NCBI GenBank assembly: GCA_016870275.1
Contig: VGBZ01000005.1
Coordinates: forward strand, 50,552-114,551
Origin: Actinomycetota bacterium
GTDB taxonomy: Bacteria > Actinomycetota > Acidimicrobiia > Acidimicrobiales > Microtrichaceae
DNA: 64,000 bases
Reading direction: 5' to 3'
The position numbers and the translations under genes are program-made. Positions 8,404 to 17,247 of this stretch are shown here, one piece after another; within the stretch, counting starts at the first letter, position 1, and each line of letters starts with the position of its first letter. The notes under the pieces were generated by a model. The model searched no databases, was not told the DNA's origin, and was given only the letters and a program-made list of their open reading frames with translations.

Positions 8404-9731
8404 CCGTGACCGCCCCCTCCTCCAAGCCGTTCGTCTCGGTAGCGCCCAAGCTGGGCCTGGTCGGTGGATTCGATGGCATCCGTGGCATCGGCGTGATGAT
8501 GGTGCTCGTCGCCCACGCACTGATCGACCTGGTGGAGTCCTGGGCGACGATCGTCGACACCTTCTTCGTGCTCAGCGGCTTCTTGATCACCACCCTGCTG
8601 CTCCAGGAGCACCGCTCGACCGGTGACATCGGGATGCGCAAGTTCTACGCCCGCCGGGCGATCCGCCTGCTGCCGACGGTGTGGCTGTTCTGCGCCGTGT
8701 GGATCGTCATCGGTGTCATCGGGACCGTCTTCGGTATCGAGGGCATCAGCCTGCGCGGGATCCTCGAGGACGCGCTCGCCGCAGTCACCTACGTCTACGA
8801 CCTCGTGTTCCCCAGCGGGCTCTACGTCATCCAGCCCGACGTCCAGGACGACCGCTACATGTGGCATCTCTGGACCCTGTCGGTCGAGGAGTTCTTCTAC
8901 TTCCTGATCCCGGGCACAGTGCTGGTGTGTGTGCGGCGCAACTGGGTCCGCCAGCTCGCATGGGTGTTCGGCGTGTTGATCGTGGCCATCGGACTTGCTC
9001 GGTGGTTCGCCTTCACCGGGTTCTGGCAGAACACCGAAGGGGTCCTCCCGGGAATCCGGCTGGCGTTTCTCCAGCGGCCCGATGCGCTCATGCTCGGCAC
9101 TGTGCTCGCGATCGTCAATGCCAACCTCAGCGCCGAGCGGATCGAACGCCTGCGCAAGCCGCTCCTCGTGGCAGGGACCATCGGTCTGGTGGTGTGGTTC
9201 GCCATGTTGAACCTCTCCAGCGGGGCCATCGAGAAGCTCGGCGGGCCGTACTTCCCGTTCCTCCCGGACGGTCCAGCGGAGTTCAGCCGCCCGCAGATGC
9301 TCGCCGAGGCACCGGTGTACTGGTTCCGATTCGGCCACACGCTGGGTGCACTCGGCTTTGCGGCGATCCTCATGTGCCTGGTCCATCAGAGGAACTGGTG
9401 GGTCAGTCGGTTCTGGTCGTGGTCGCCGTTCCAGTGGGTCGGACGGCTCAGCTACACGCTCTACGTGTGGCATGCGCTGCCGTTCATCATCATCATCGCC
9501 CTGACCGGTGGCGTAGAGATCTCAGTGGCCGGTCAGTTGATCCGCACGCCCTTCCTGATCGCCTCGGCGTTCGCCGTCTCGCTCCCCGTCTACTACTTCG
9601 TCGAGCTGCGGGTGCTGAAAGCGAAACTGCGATTCGCCGCAGAGAAGGAGACGCTCGACCTGCGCACCGGCAAGGTGGTCGACACCTCCACTGGCCGGCC
9701 CGTCGACGGGTCCGAGTCGACCGACTCCTGA
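8400..9731 (+). CDS. membrane acyltransferase, acyltransferase-3 family, paralog 2
   Basis: In-frame ATG at 8400 within ORF 7746..9731, forming an ATGA overlap with the stop of paralog 1. MTVTAPSSKPFVSVAPKLGLVGGFDGIRGIGVMMVLVAH parallels the start of paralog 1, with the same blocks throughout. Confidence 0.85.
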   Translation: MTVTAPSSKPFVSVAPKLGLVGGFDGIRGIGVMMVLVAHALIDLVESWATIVDTFFVLSGFLITTLLLQEHRSTGDIGMRKFYARRAIRLLPTVWLFCAVWIVIGVIGTVFGIEGISLRGILEDALAAVTYVYDLVFPSGLYVIQPDVQDDRYMWHLWTLSVEEFFYFLIPGTVLVCVRRNWVRQLAWVFGVLIVAIGLARWFAFTGFWQNTEGVLPGIRLAFLQRPDALMLGTVLAIVNANLSAERIERLRKPLLVAGTIGLVVWFAMLNLSSGAIEKLGGPYFPFLPDGPAEFSRPQMLAEAPVYWFRFGHTLGALGFAAILMCLVHQRNWWVSRFWSWSPFQWVGRLSYTLYVWHALPFIIIIALTGGVEISVAGQLIRTPFLIASAFAVSLPVYYFVELRVLKAKLRFAAEKETLDLRTGKVVDTSTGRPVDGSESTDS

Positions 9732-9741
9732 GGCCGGCAGA

Positions 9742-9813
9742 CCCCCCCGCCGCTCTGTGGTGCGAGCTACACGAATGTTCGTGTAGCTCGCACCACAGAG
9801 CAGGCTGGGGGGG
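9742..9813. terminator. long perfect hairpin between convergent genes (bidirectional terminator candidate)
   Basis: A 23-bp perfect stem, ctctgtggtgcgagctacacgaa (9753-9775) pairing with ttcgtgtagctcgcaccacagag (9778-9800). It is flanked by C7 (9742-9748) and G7 (9807-9813). There is no T-tract on either strand. Confidence 0.65.
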
Positions 9814-9827
9814 TGAGGGGGTGGTGG

Positions 9828-11126
9828 TCAGTGGAAGGGGAGCGGGCCGGCGCCCCGATCGAGCGTGGCGTCGGTGATCGGGTGCTCAGTCGGTTCGTCG
9901 GGGAGTTCATCGAGCAGGTCGAGCGGTCGCAGCAACAGAGAGGTGACTGCGACGGCGGCGACGATGGCGGCGGTCAGGGCGAACGCAGTGGACACTCCGA
10001 GCCAGCTCGTGGCCACGCCGACCACGAGGAAGCCGGCCGGTCCGGCGGCGTACTCCGCAGTCGAGGCCAGGCCGACGATTCGCCCCCGGAGGTGTTCCGG
10101 TGAGCGGGTCTGGAGCGCCAGGTTGAGAATCGGGCCGACCGGCCCGTAGCCGACTCCGAGGGCGAACCCGGTGAGAAGCATCAGCGGGTAGGAGTCGACT
10201 GCGACCAGCAGCGCCAGCGCTGCGGCGGTCGCCAGCAGCCCGCCCCGAAAGAGCCAACTCCTGCGGACCCGATGCCCGAGCCAGGCGTACAGCAGAGCTC
10301 CAACGGCCCAACCGGCGCTCACCGTCGTGACCAGCAGGCCGAGTCGACCGGGTTCGTTCCGGGCCTCGAACTCGACTGGCAACAGCACGCTCTCGACGGG
10401 CATGTAGAAGGCGACGAGCCCTCCGATGACGAGCAGGAGGGTCAGGAGCAACCGGTCGTGACGGACGAAGTCCACGCCGGTTCGGATGCTGCCCAGGATG
10501 CCCTCGCTGAGATCCGGATCAGGTCGGAGGTCGGCGTTCGGGAGCCGGATGGTCCAGACGATCAGCGCAGAGAACACGAATGCGCCGGCGGTGAACCAGA
10601 GCGCCGAGGCGGCGCCGACCGCAGCGATCAACAGGCCGCCGATCCCCGGACCCATCAGGAACGCCACTCCCCAGACAGCTTCGTGGACACCGTTGACCCG
10701 CTGGAGTCGCCAACCCGAGCGCTCCGCAGCGTCGGGGAGCATGGTCTCGCGAGCGGTCACACCTGCAGGGTCGAACACTGCGCCCAGCACCGCCAGTGCG
10801 ATCAGGACGGGAAGGTTCAGTCCGATCGTGGCCGCCACGATTGGAATCGAGGCGGCCGACACGGCCGAGAACAGGTCCGAACCGATCGACGTCCGCCGAC
10901 GACCGACTCGGTCGACGATCGCTCCGGAGAAGATGCTCGAGAACAACAGCGGTAGCGCCGTCGCTGCGCCCAGGATCCCGGCGTCGGCTGCGTCGCCGGT
11001 GCGTTCCAGCACCAGCCACGGCAGGATGACGAGCGCCGCTCCGTTGCCTGCACCGGAGAGGACCGTGGCGGCCTCGAGTTGGAGCAGCGGTAGTGCACTC
11101 CGCCGATGGCCCGGCCGGGTGTTCAC
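9828..11126 (-). CDS. MFS transporter (12-TM, EntS/MFS_3-like)
   Basis: Hydrophobic 12-TM-like profile with the loop motif GAIVDRVGRRRT between TM2 and TM3. Confidence 0.75.
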   Translation of the reverse strand: MNTRPGHRRSALPLLQLEAATVLSGAGNGAALVILPWLVLERTGDAADAGILGAATALPLLFSSIFSGAIVDRVGRRRTSIGSDLFSAVSAASIPIVAATIGLNLPVLIALAVLGAVFDPAGVTARETMLPDAAERSGWRLQRVNGVHEAVWGVAFLMGPGIGGLLIAAVGAASALWFTAGAFVFSALIVWTIRLPNADLRPDPDLSEGILGSIRTGVDFVRHDRLLLTLLLVIGGLVAFYMPVESVLLPVEFEARNEPGRLGLLVTTVSAGWAVGALLYAWLGHRVRRSWLFRGGLLATAAALALLVAVDSYPLMLLTGFALGVGYGPVGPILNLALQTRSPEHLRGRIVGLASTAEYAAGPAGFLVVGVATSWLGVSTAFALTAAIVAAVAVTSLLLRPLDLLDELPDEPTEHPITDATLDRGAGPLPFH

Positions 11127-11156
11127 CTCACCACCGCTCTTGCGAACAGCGGGACG

Positions 11157-12053
11157 TCAGGAGGAGAGGGTCTCGAGCAGCTTCTTCAACTCCCCTGAGG
11201 GGTCCTCGGGTACGATGTATCCTGACTCGTCACGGATCTGCTCGAAATGATCACGGACGTCCTCGGCCGAATGACCCTCGGCGTACCAGCCGGGGGTGAG
11301 GCCGATGAAGTAGCGGGACACGACGCCCCCGGCGACGGAGTAGACCTCGCCGCTGACCGGGCAGTCCTCGTGTGCCAGATACACGACCGTCGGCGTCACC
11401 TCACCGGCCTCGAGCTTGTCGCCGAGCGGTCCGAGCAGGTCCTCGGTCATCCGGGTCTTGGCGACCGGAGCGATGGCGTTGACCTTGATTCCCTTGGAGC
11501 GACCCTCGGTGGCGAGCACCCGGGTGAATCCGACCAGTCCGAGCTTCGCTGCGCCGTAGTTGGCCTGTCCGAAGTTGCCCAGCAGACCGGAGTTGGAGCT
11601 GGTGTTCACGATGCGGCCGTAGCCCTTGTCGCGCATGATGACCCACGCCGGCTGTGTCACGTAGAAGGCTCCGAGCAGGTGCACGGCGATGACAGGTTCG
11701 AGCAGTTCGGGCGTCATGTTGTGGAACGTCTTGTCCCGCAGGATCCCGGCGTTGTTGATCACGATGTCGACCGTGTCGAACTCGTCGAGCGCAGTCTGCA
11801 CGATTGCCTGACCTCCCTCGGGAGTGGAGACCGAGTCGTGGTTGGCCACGGCCTCGCCACCAGCGGCGTTGATCTCTTCGACGACGAGTTGCGCCGCCGA
11901 GGCGTCGCCACCTTCGCCGCTCACCGAGCCGCCGAGGTCGTTGACGACGACTCGGGCGCCGCGACGGGCCAACTCGAGTGCGTGTGACTTCCCGAGACCG
12001 CCGCCGGCTCCGGTGACGATTGCGACCTTGCCGTCGAAGGTGAGATCGGACAT
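11157..12053 (-). CDS. SDR-family 3-hydroxyacyl-CoA dehydrogenase, homolog of the N-terminal domain of multifunctional enzyme type 2 (Hsd4A-like)
   Basis: GKVAIVTGAGGGLG Rossmann motif, VVNDLGG...VVEEI..AGGEAVAN, NNAGILRD and the catalytic YGAAK. It aligns block by block to the MFE-2/17beta-HSD4 dehydrogenase domain as I recall it. Confidence 0.8.
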   Translation of the reverse strand: MSDLTFDGKVAIVTGAGGGLGKSHALELARRGARVVVNDLGGSVSGEGGDASAAQLVVEEINAAGGEAVANHDSVSTPEGGQAIVQTALDEFDTVDIVINNAGILRDKTFHNMTPELLEPVIAVHLLGAFYVTQPAWVIMRDKGYGRIVNTSSNSGLLGNFGQANYGAAKLGLVGFTRVLATEGRSKGIKVNAIAPVAKTRMTEDLLGPLGDKLEAGEVTPTVVYLAHEDCPVSGEVYSVAGGVVSRYFIGLTPGWYAEGHSAEDVRDHFEQIRDESGYIVPEDPSGELKKLLETLSS

Positions 12054-12176
12054 GTGTTCCCCTCGTGGTCAGGGCGCTCCGGCCCGCTGATGGTGGGCGC
12101 CGCAGCGACGCCGGGTCGAGACGATACCGATGCGCACTCCTGTGGGCGAACCCGGGGTGTCGCTCGGAGGGTTGCG

Positions 12177-13802
12177 TCAGGGTTCGATTCCGAGCGTGTC
12201 GAGCGCGTAGGCCTTGAGCCGCTTGTAGTCGACCTTGGCGTTGGGGGCCCGGCCGATCGTGTCGATCACCACGACCTGTTTGGGGGCCTTGTAGCCGGCG
12301 AGGTGTTCCTTGACGTGTGCGGCGAGTGCGTCTTCATCGATCGCAGCGCCGGTATCGGGCTCGACCACTGCGACGATGGCCTCACCGAACTTGTCGTCGG
12401 GCACGCCGACCACGACGGCGTCAGCCACGGTGTCGTGCAGCTTGAGTACCTCTTCGACCTCCTCGGGAAAGACCTTCTCACCGCCGGTGTTGATGCACAC
12501 CGAGCCTCGCCCGAGCAGGGTGATGCTGCCATCGGCCTCGATCGTGGCGTAGTCGCCGGGCATGGAGTACCGGGTGCCGTCGATCTGGACGAAGGTCGCT
12601 GCGGACTTGTCGGGGTCCTTGTAGTAGCCGATCGGTGTGCGGCCGGGGACGGCGATGCGTCCCCGCTCACCGGAACCGGGCGAGACCAACTCGCCGTCGT
12701 CACCGACGACGATGACACCCGGACCCATCGTGAAGTGCGCTGTTCGCTCTGCTGCGCCCGAGGTCGACACGGACTGCCCCAGGCCGATCGCCTCGGAGCT
12801 CGAGAAGGCGTCGACGAGCATCATCGTCGGCTGGTGCTCGAGCAGTCGCGCCTTGACCGACTCCGACCACATCACTCCCGATGACGACACGATCAGCACC
12901 GAGGACAGATCCCAGCGGTCGGGTTCAGCGTCGAGGCAGGTCAGGATCGGCTTGGTGAACGCATCGCCGACGATGGTGAGCGCCCCGACCCGCTCCCGCT
13001 CGATGGTGTCGAGGAGCTCCTCCCAGTCCAGGTGCCGGTTGACGAGCGTGACCACTGATCCGCCGCCGGTCAGGTAGAGCAGCGAGGTGAACCACCCCGT
13101 ACCGTGCATCAGGGGGCACGCCGGGAGCCCGGGAATGCTCGGTCCCTCGATCGCCGCCAGCGCTCCGGCCACTCCACCCACGTCGTCCGGGTCAGCGGCG
13201 AGCAGGGGGTTGCCGGCGGCGCAGACCACGCCGATCAGGTCGTCCTGGCGCCACATCACGCCCTTGGGCATTCCCGTGGTCCCGCCGGTGTAGATCATCA
13301 GCAGATCGTCTCCGGAGCGACCCCACGGTGCCTCCACCCGATCGGTGGTCGTGGCGACGGCGTCCTCGTACGGGGTGGCCCACTCTGGTGCCGGTCCAGT
13401 GCCGTCGTCGACCCAGATCCACTGGCGCACCCCAGCCAAGCGATCGCGCATGTGCTCGATCCGCTCTGCGAACACGCCGTGGAACACCACCGCCACGGCA
13501 TCGGCGTTGTCCCAGAGGTAGAGCAGTTCGTCGTCGAGATAGCGGTAGTTGGTGTTGACCGGCACCAGCCCGGCCTTCCACGCTCCGTAGCACGATTCGA
13601 GGTACTCCGGGCAGTTGTAGAGGTAGAGGGCCACCTTGTCCTGCTGTTCGGCCCCGCCGTCGAGCAGGAACCGTGCGAGACCATTGGCCCGGGCGTCGAA
13701 CTCGGCCCAAGTGGTCCGCCGGTCGCCCTGCACCTGCGCCGGTGCGTCGGGGATGCGCCCGGCGATCTCCTCCCACAGGTCAGCGAAGTTCCATCCGGCC
13801 AC
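12177..13802 (-). CDS. acyl-CoA synthetase / AMP-dependent ligase (FadD-like)
   Basis: AMP-binding motifs IYTGGTTGMPKGV and GEKV; 541 aa. Confidence 0.85.
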   Translation of the reverse strand: MAGWNFADLWEEIAGRIPDAPAQVQGDRRTTWAEFDARANGLARFLLDGGAEQQDKVALYLYNCPEYLESCYGAWKAGLVPVNTNYRYLDDELLYLWDNADAVAVVFHGVFAERIEHMRDRLAGVRQWIWVDDGTGPAPEWATPYEDAVATTTDRVEAPWGRSGDDLLMIYTGGTTGMPKGVMWRQDDLIGVVCAAGNPLLAADPDDVGGVAGALAAIEGPSIPGLPACPLMHGTGWFTSLLYLTGGGSVVTLVNRHLDWEELLDTIERERVGALTIVGDAFTKPILTCLDAEPDRWDLSSVLIVSSSGVMWSESVKARLLEHQPTMMLVDAFSSSEAIGLGQSVSTSGAAERTAHFTMGPGVIVVGDDGELVSPGSGERGRIAVPGRTPIGYYKDPDKSAATFVQIDGTRYSMPGDYATIEADGSITLLGRGSVCINTGGEKVFPEEVEEVLKLHDTVADAVVVGVPDDKFGEAIVAVVEPDTGAAIDEDALAAHVKEHLAGYKAPKQVVVIDTIGRAPNAKVDYKRLKAYALDTLGIEP

Positions 13803-13861
13803 GGTTCCCCCCGGTCACCTTCGGTGGGCCGAGATTCAGCCCTCAAGACTGGGGAGCATAG

Positions 13862-15088
13862 GTGCTGGACCGGGCCGCCGACTACGGTCCGAGCGTGGAC
13901 TTCGACCTGCCGGGCGAGGACGATGAGCGCCGAACTCCAGTGCGGAGATGGTTGGCTGAGCACCCGGCACCGACCGGCCGTCAGCTCGCCGAGGCCGGCT
14001 ACACCGCCCCCCACTGGCCGGCACCGTGGGGTCTCGATGCGGATCCGATCCACCAACTCGTGATCGACGACGAGCTTCGGCGTGCCGGTGTTCGTCGTCC
14101 GGCCAACCCCATCGGGATCGGCTGGGCCGGGCCGACCATCCTGGCCGCCGGGACCGACGCACAGCGCAACGAGTACCTGTTCGGCCTGCTCTCCGGCGAG
14201 GACATCTGGTGTCAGCTGTTCTCCGAGCCGGGCGCCGGTTCGGATCTGGCGAACCTCTCAACGCGGGCGGAGCGCGATGGTGACGAGTGGATCGTCAATG
14301 GTCAGAAGGTCTGGACGTCGCTGGCGCACGTGTCGCGCTATGGGATCCTGATCGCCCGCACCGACCCCGATCGCCCCAAGCACGAGGGCATCACCTACTT
14401 CGTGTGCCCCATGGACTCGCCCGGCATCGAGATCCGGCCGATCGTGGAGATGACCGGTGGGCACACGTTCAACGAGGTGTTCCTCACCGACGTCCGATTG
14501 GGCCCGGAACACGTCATCGGCGAGGTCCACGATGGCTGGCGTCTCGCCAAGGTCACGCTCGCCAACGAGCGCGTCTCGTTGTCCTCGGGCGGAGCGTTGT
14601 GGGGGATGGGGCCCACTGCGGACGACCTCTTCTCGATCGTGCGTGACGAGGGCGGCGTGAGCGATCCGATCATGCGTCAGCGGCTGGCGGCGCTGTTCAT
14701 CGAATCAGAGGTGTTGCGCCTGATCCGACTCCGCACGGTCACCGCTGCGGTGCAGGGCCGAGAGCCCGGCCCGGAGGCCTCGATCCGCAAGGTCATCGCT
14801 GATGAGCACGGCCAGCGGATCATGGAACTCGCCCACGATCTCGCTGGTGCGGCAGCGCTCACGGGCGCCGCCGGTCCACTCGGCACCGATGCGTCGTGGT
14901 GGACCCACGGTTTCCTGTTCGCTCCGGCGCTCACCGTCGGCGGTGGCACCGGCGACGTCCAGAGGAACATCATCGCCGAGCGGGTGCTCGGCCTCCCGCA
15001 CGACATCGATGTCGAAGCTGGCCGGACCTGGTCGGAGAATCGTCGCGACCACACGCCTGCGCCTGCGGAGCAGCCCCTCGTCGGCTGA
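13862..15088 (+). CDS. acyl-CoA dehydrogenase (FadE-like)
   Basis: ACAD blocks: SEPGAGSDLA, WIVNGQKVWTS and GGTGDVQRNIIAERVLGLP. The start is ambiguous: the GTG at 13862, or the in-frame GTG at 13895 (VDFDLPGEDDE...), which looks more family-typical. Confidence 0.85.
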   Translation: MLDRAADYGPSVDFDLPGEDDERRTPVRRWLAEHPAPTGRQLAEAGYTAPHWPAPWGLDADPIHQLVIDDELRRAGVRRPANPIGIGWAGPTILAAGTDAQRNEYLFGLLSGEDIWCQLFSEPGAGSDLANLSTRAERDGDEWIVNGQKVWTSLAHVSRYGILIARTDPDRPKHEGITYFVCPMDSPGIEIRPIVEMTGGHTFNEVFLTDVRLGPEHVIGEVHDGWRLAKVTLANERVSLSSGGALWGMGPTADDLFSIVRDEGGVSDPIMRQRLAALFIESEVLRLIRLRTVTAAVQGREPGPEASIRKVIADEHGQRIMELAHDLAGAAALTGAAGPLGTDASWWTHGFLFAPALTVGGGTGDVQRNIIAERVLGLPHDIDVEAGRTWSENRRDHTPAPAEQPLVG

Positions 15089-15150
15089 GTGGCGGTCGGT
15101 GGCCACCACCGGATGCCCCTCGCCGTTCGGGCCGGGGCTAGGTTGAGCCC

Positions 15151-15372
15151 GTGGCCAGCGAGAATGTCCGTCCGCTCCGTCGACGACAGAAGGTTGTGGC
15201 GGCAGTCGATCTTCCCGGCGTCCCCGCCGGGACGTACGGGCGCATTCAGTTGGTGAACGGGTTCTCGTGGGTTCGCTACCGGGTCCACTTCGACAACGGC
15301 GAGGAACTCGGGTTCCTCGACCGTGATCAGTTGGTGACCGCCAAGGAACGGAAGCGGGAGGGGGCAGCGTGA
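15151..15372 (+). CDS. small hypothetical protein (73 aa), translationally coupled to the downstream LLM oxidoreductase
   Basis: ORF with a non-repetitive, beta-rich-looking sequence (GRIQLVNGFSWVRYRVHFDNGEELGFLDRDQL). Its stop overlaps the next start (GTGA at 15369-15372). Confidence 0.45.
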   Translation: MASENVRPLRRRQKVVAAVDLPGVPAGTYGRIQLVNGFSWVRYRVHFDNGEELGFLDRDQLVTAKERKREGAA

Positions 15373-16418
15373 AGCTGAGCATGCAGATCGGTTACGCAGG
15401 CGGATTCGCCGAGTCCGTTGCACAGGTGCAGGCGCTCGAGCAGGCAGGCATGGACATCGTCTACGTGGCCGAGGCCTATGGCTACGACGCACCGACACTC
15501 ATGGGCTACCTCGCCGCGGTCACCGAGCGGATCGAGATCGCATCGGGGATCCTCCCGATCTACACCCGCACTCCGACGCTGCTCGCCATGACTGCAGCCG
15601 GCCTCGACGAGCTCTCCGGAGGTCGGGCCATCCTCGGTCTCGGCGCCTCCGGTCCGCAGGTGATCGAGGGTTTCCACGGGGTGGCCTACGACGCCCCGAT
15701 CGCCCGTACCCGCGAGATCATCTCGATCTGCCGCAAGGTCTGGGCCCGGGAGGAACCCGTGGTCCACCAGGGTAAGAAGTACCAGCTGCCGTTGCCTGAG
15801 GGCCTCGGCACCGGACTGGGTAAGCCCCTCAAGATCATCACGCACCCACCCCGACCCCGGATCCCGATCCACGTGGCGTCACTCGGGCCGAAGAACGTCG
15901 AGATGACCGCTGAGCTGGCCGACGCCTGGCTCCCGATCCTCTTCCATCCGGAGCGTGCCGCCGACGTCTGGGGGAGTGATCTCGACGCCGGCTTCGCCAA
16001 GCGCAGTCCTGATCTGGGGCCACTCGACGTGGTCGCCGGTGGGTTGCTGGCCATCGGAGCAGACGATGAGGTCCGGGGATTCCGGGATTTCAGCCGGGGC
16101 ATGGTGGCGCTCTACGTGGGCGGCATGGGCGCCCGTGAGCGGAACTTCTACAACCAACTCTTCCAGCGCTACGGCTACGAGGCCGAAGCCCGGGAGATTC
16201 AGGATCTCTACCTGAGCGGCCAGAAGCGGGAGGCGGCAGCGGCGGTTCCGGAGTCGTTCCTCGAGGAGACGTCGCTGTGCGGCGACGAGGGCTACGTCCG
16301 GGATCGGATCGCCCAGTTCGCCGATGCCGGAGTCACCGTGTTGAACGTGACGCCGATCGCCGCCGACCTCGCCGGCCAGCAGCGCCTGATCGAGACGGTG
16401 TCCAACCTCCTGCCGTGA
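15369..16418 (+). CDS. LLM-class (luciferase-like) F420-dependent oxidoreductase
   Basis: MKLSMQIGYAGGF...QALEQAGMDIVYVAEAYGYDA and GLGASGPQVIEGFHG are typical of the LLM F420-dependent subfamily. Confidence 0.8.
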   Translation: MKLSMQIGYAGGFAESVAQVQALEQAGMDIVYVAEAYGYDAPTLMGYLAAVTERIEIASGILPIYTRTPTLLAMTAAGLDELSGGRAILGLGASGPQVIEGFHGVAYDAPIARTREIISICRKVWAREEPVVHQGKKYQLPLPEGLGTGLGKPLKIITHPPRPRIPIHVASLGPKNVEMTAELADAWLPILFHPERAADVWGSDLDAGFAKRSPDLGPLDVVAGGLLAIGADDEVRGFRDFSRGMVALYVGGMGARERNFYNQLFQRYGYEAEAREIQDLYLSGQKREAAAAVPESFLEETSLCGDEGYVRDRIAQFADAGVTVLNVTPIAADLAGQQRLIETVSNLLP

Positions 16419-16463
16419 ACCGCTGGACCACGAGTTGTCGACTCGGGGGCCGTGATCTCGAGA

Positions 16464-17093
16464 TCAGGGTCCGGGGTTCAGCAGGGGTTCGATGATCGGC
16501 ATGACGAGGGAGTCGGTGCAGGTCACCGTCTCGTCGTAGCGCCAGTTCACGACACCAGCCACGGTGCTGCCGAAGAACAATCCGGCGTACTCGGCCGTGG
16601 CCACGCCGGTGGTCCCGAACTGCACGGAGTCGCCGATCACCGCCCCGAGGGTCAGTGCCTCGTCGTTGATCGGTGCGACCGGGTCAGGGTCCTGCACGCG
16701 GAGCAGACCGATGTGGATCGGAACGACGAACGGGGTGACCGTTGCATGGCGGACCTGCACGCCGCTCGGGCCGGTGGCCTCGAGGAACAACTCGGCGCCG
16801 AGGCCATTCGGGTTGGCGCAGTGGGCGAAGGTTCCGCTGACCTGTTCATCGATCGACACCAGGTCACCGCCGGTCAGGTCCCGGACGCCGGCGAGCAGGA
16901 AGTTGTTCGTGAGGGGGAGCGTCGTGGTGGTCTCGGGGACCGTCGTGGTGGTCTCGGGGACGGTGGTGGTGCTCTCCTGGGCGTCGGTGACGGTGCTCAC
17001 TCCGACAACCATCACGGAGGCGAGCAGACCTGCTGCAGCAACGCGCCACGACGTTCGACTCCTGACCGGTGCACTCACTTCTGTTTCCCTCAC
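16464..17093 (-). CDS. secreted hypothetical protein with a Thr-rich linker
   Basis: ORF 16464..17213, with probable GTG starts at 17093 or 17078. A signal-like segment (WRVAAAGLLASVMVVGVSTVTDAQE) is followed by the TTTVPETTTTVPETTTT repeat, encoded by a 21-bp duplication near 16920-16961. I recognise no family. Confidence 0.5.
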   Translation of the reverse strand: MRETEVSAPVRSRTSWRVAAAGLLASVMVVGVSTVTDAQESTTTVPETTTTVPETTTTLPLTNNFLLAGVRDLTGGDLVSIDEQVSGTFAHCANPNGLGAELFLEATGPSGVQVRHATVTPFVVPIHIGLLRVQDPDPVAPINDEALTLGAVIGDSVQFGTTGVATAEYAGLFFGSTVAGVVNWRYDETVTCTDSLVMPIIEPLLNPGP

Positions 17094-17247
17094 TCGTCCA
17101 CCTCGAGGCTTACGACGGTGCAACGCAAGAACCCGTGCGGTTCTCGCAATCAACCCTCCTCGCCTGATGGCAGGGTACAGATCGGCAGGGACCTTCACAA
17201 GGAGGGTGGGCAACAGATGACCGCAATTTCACCGACGGTCACCTCGC

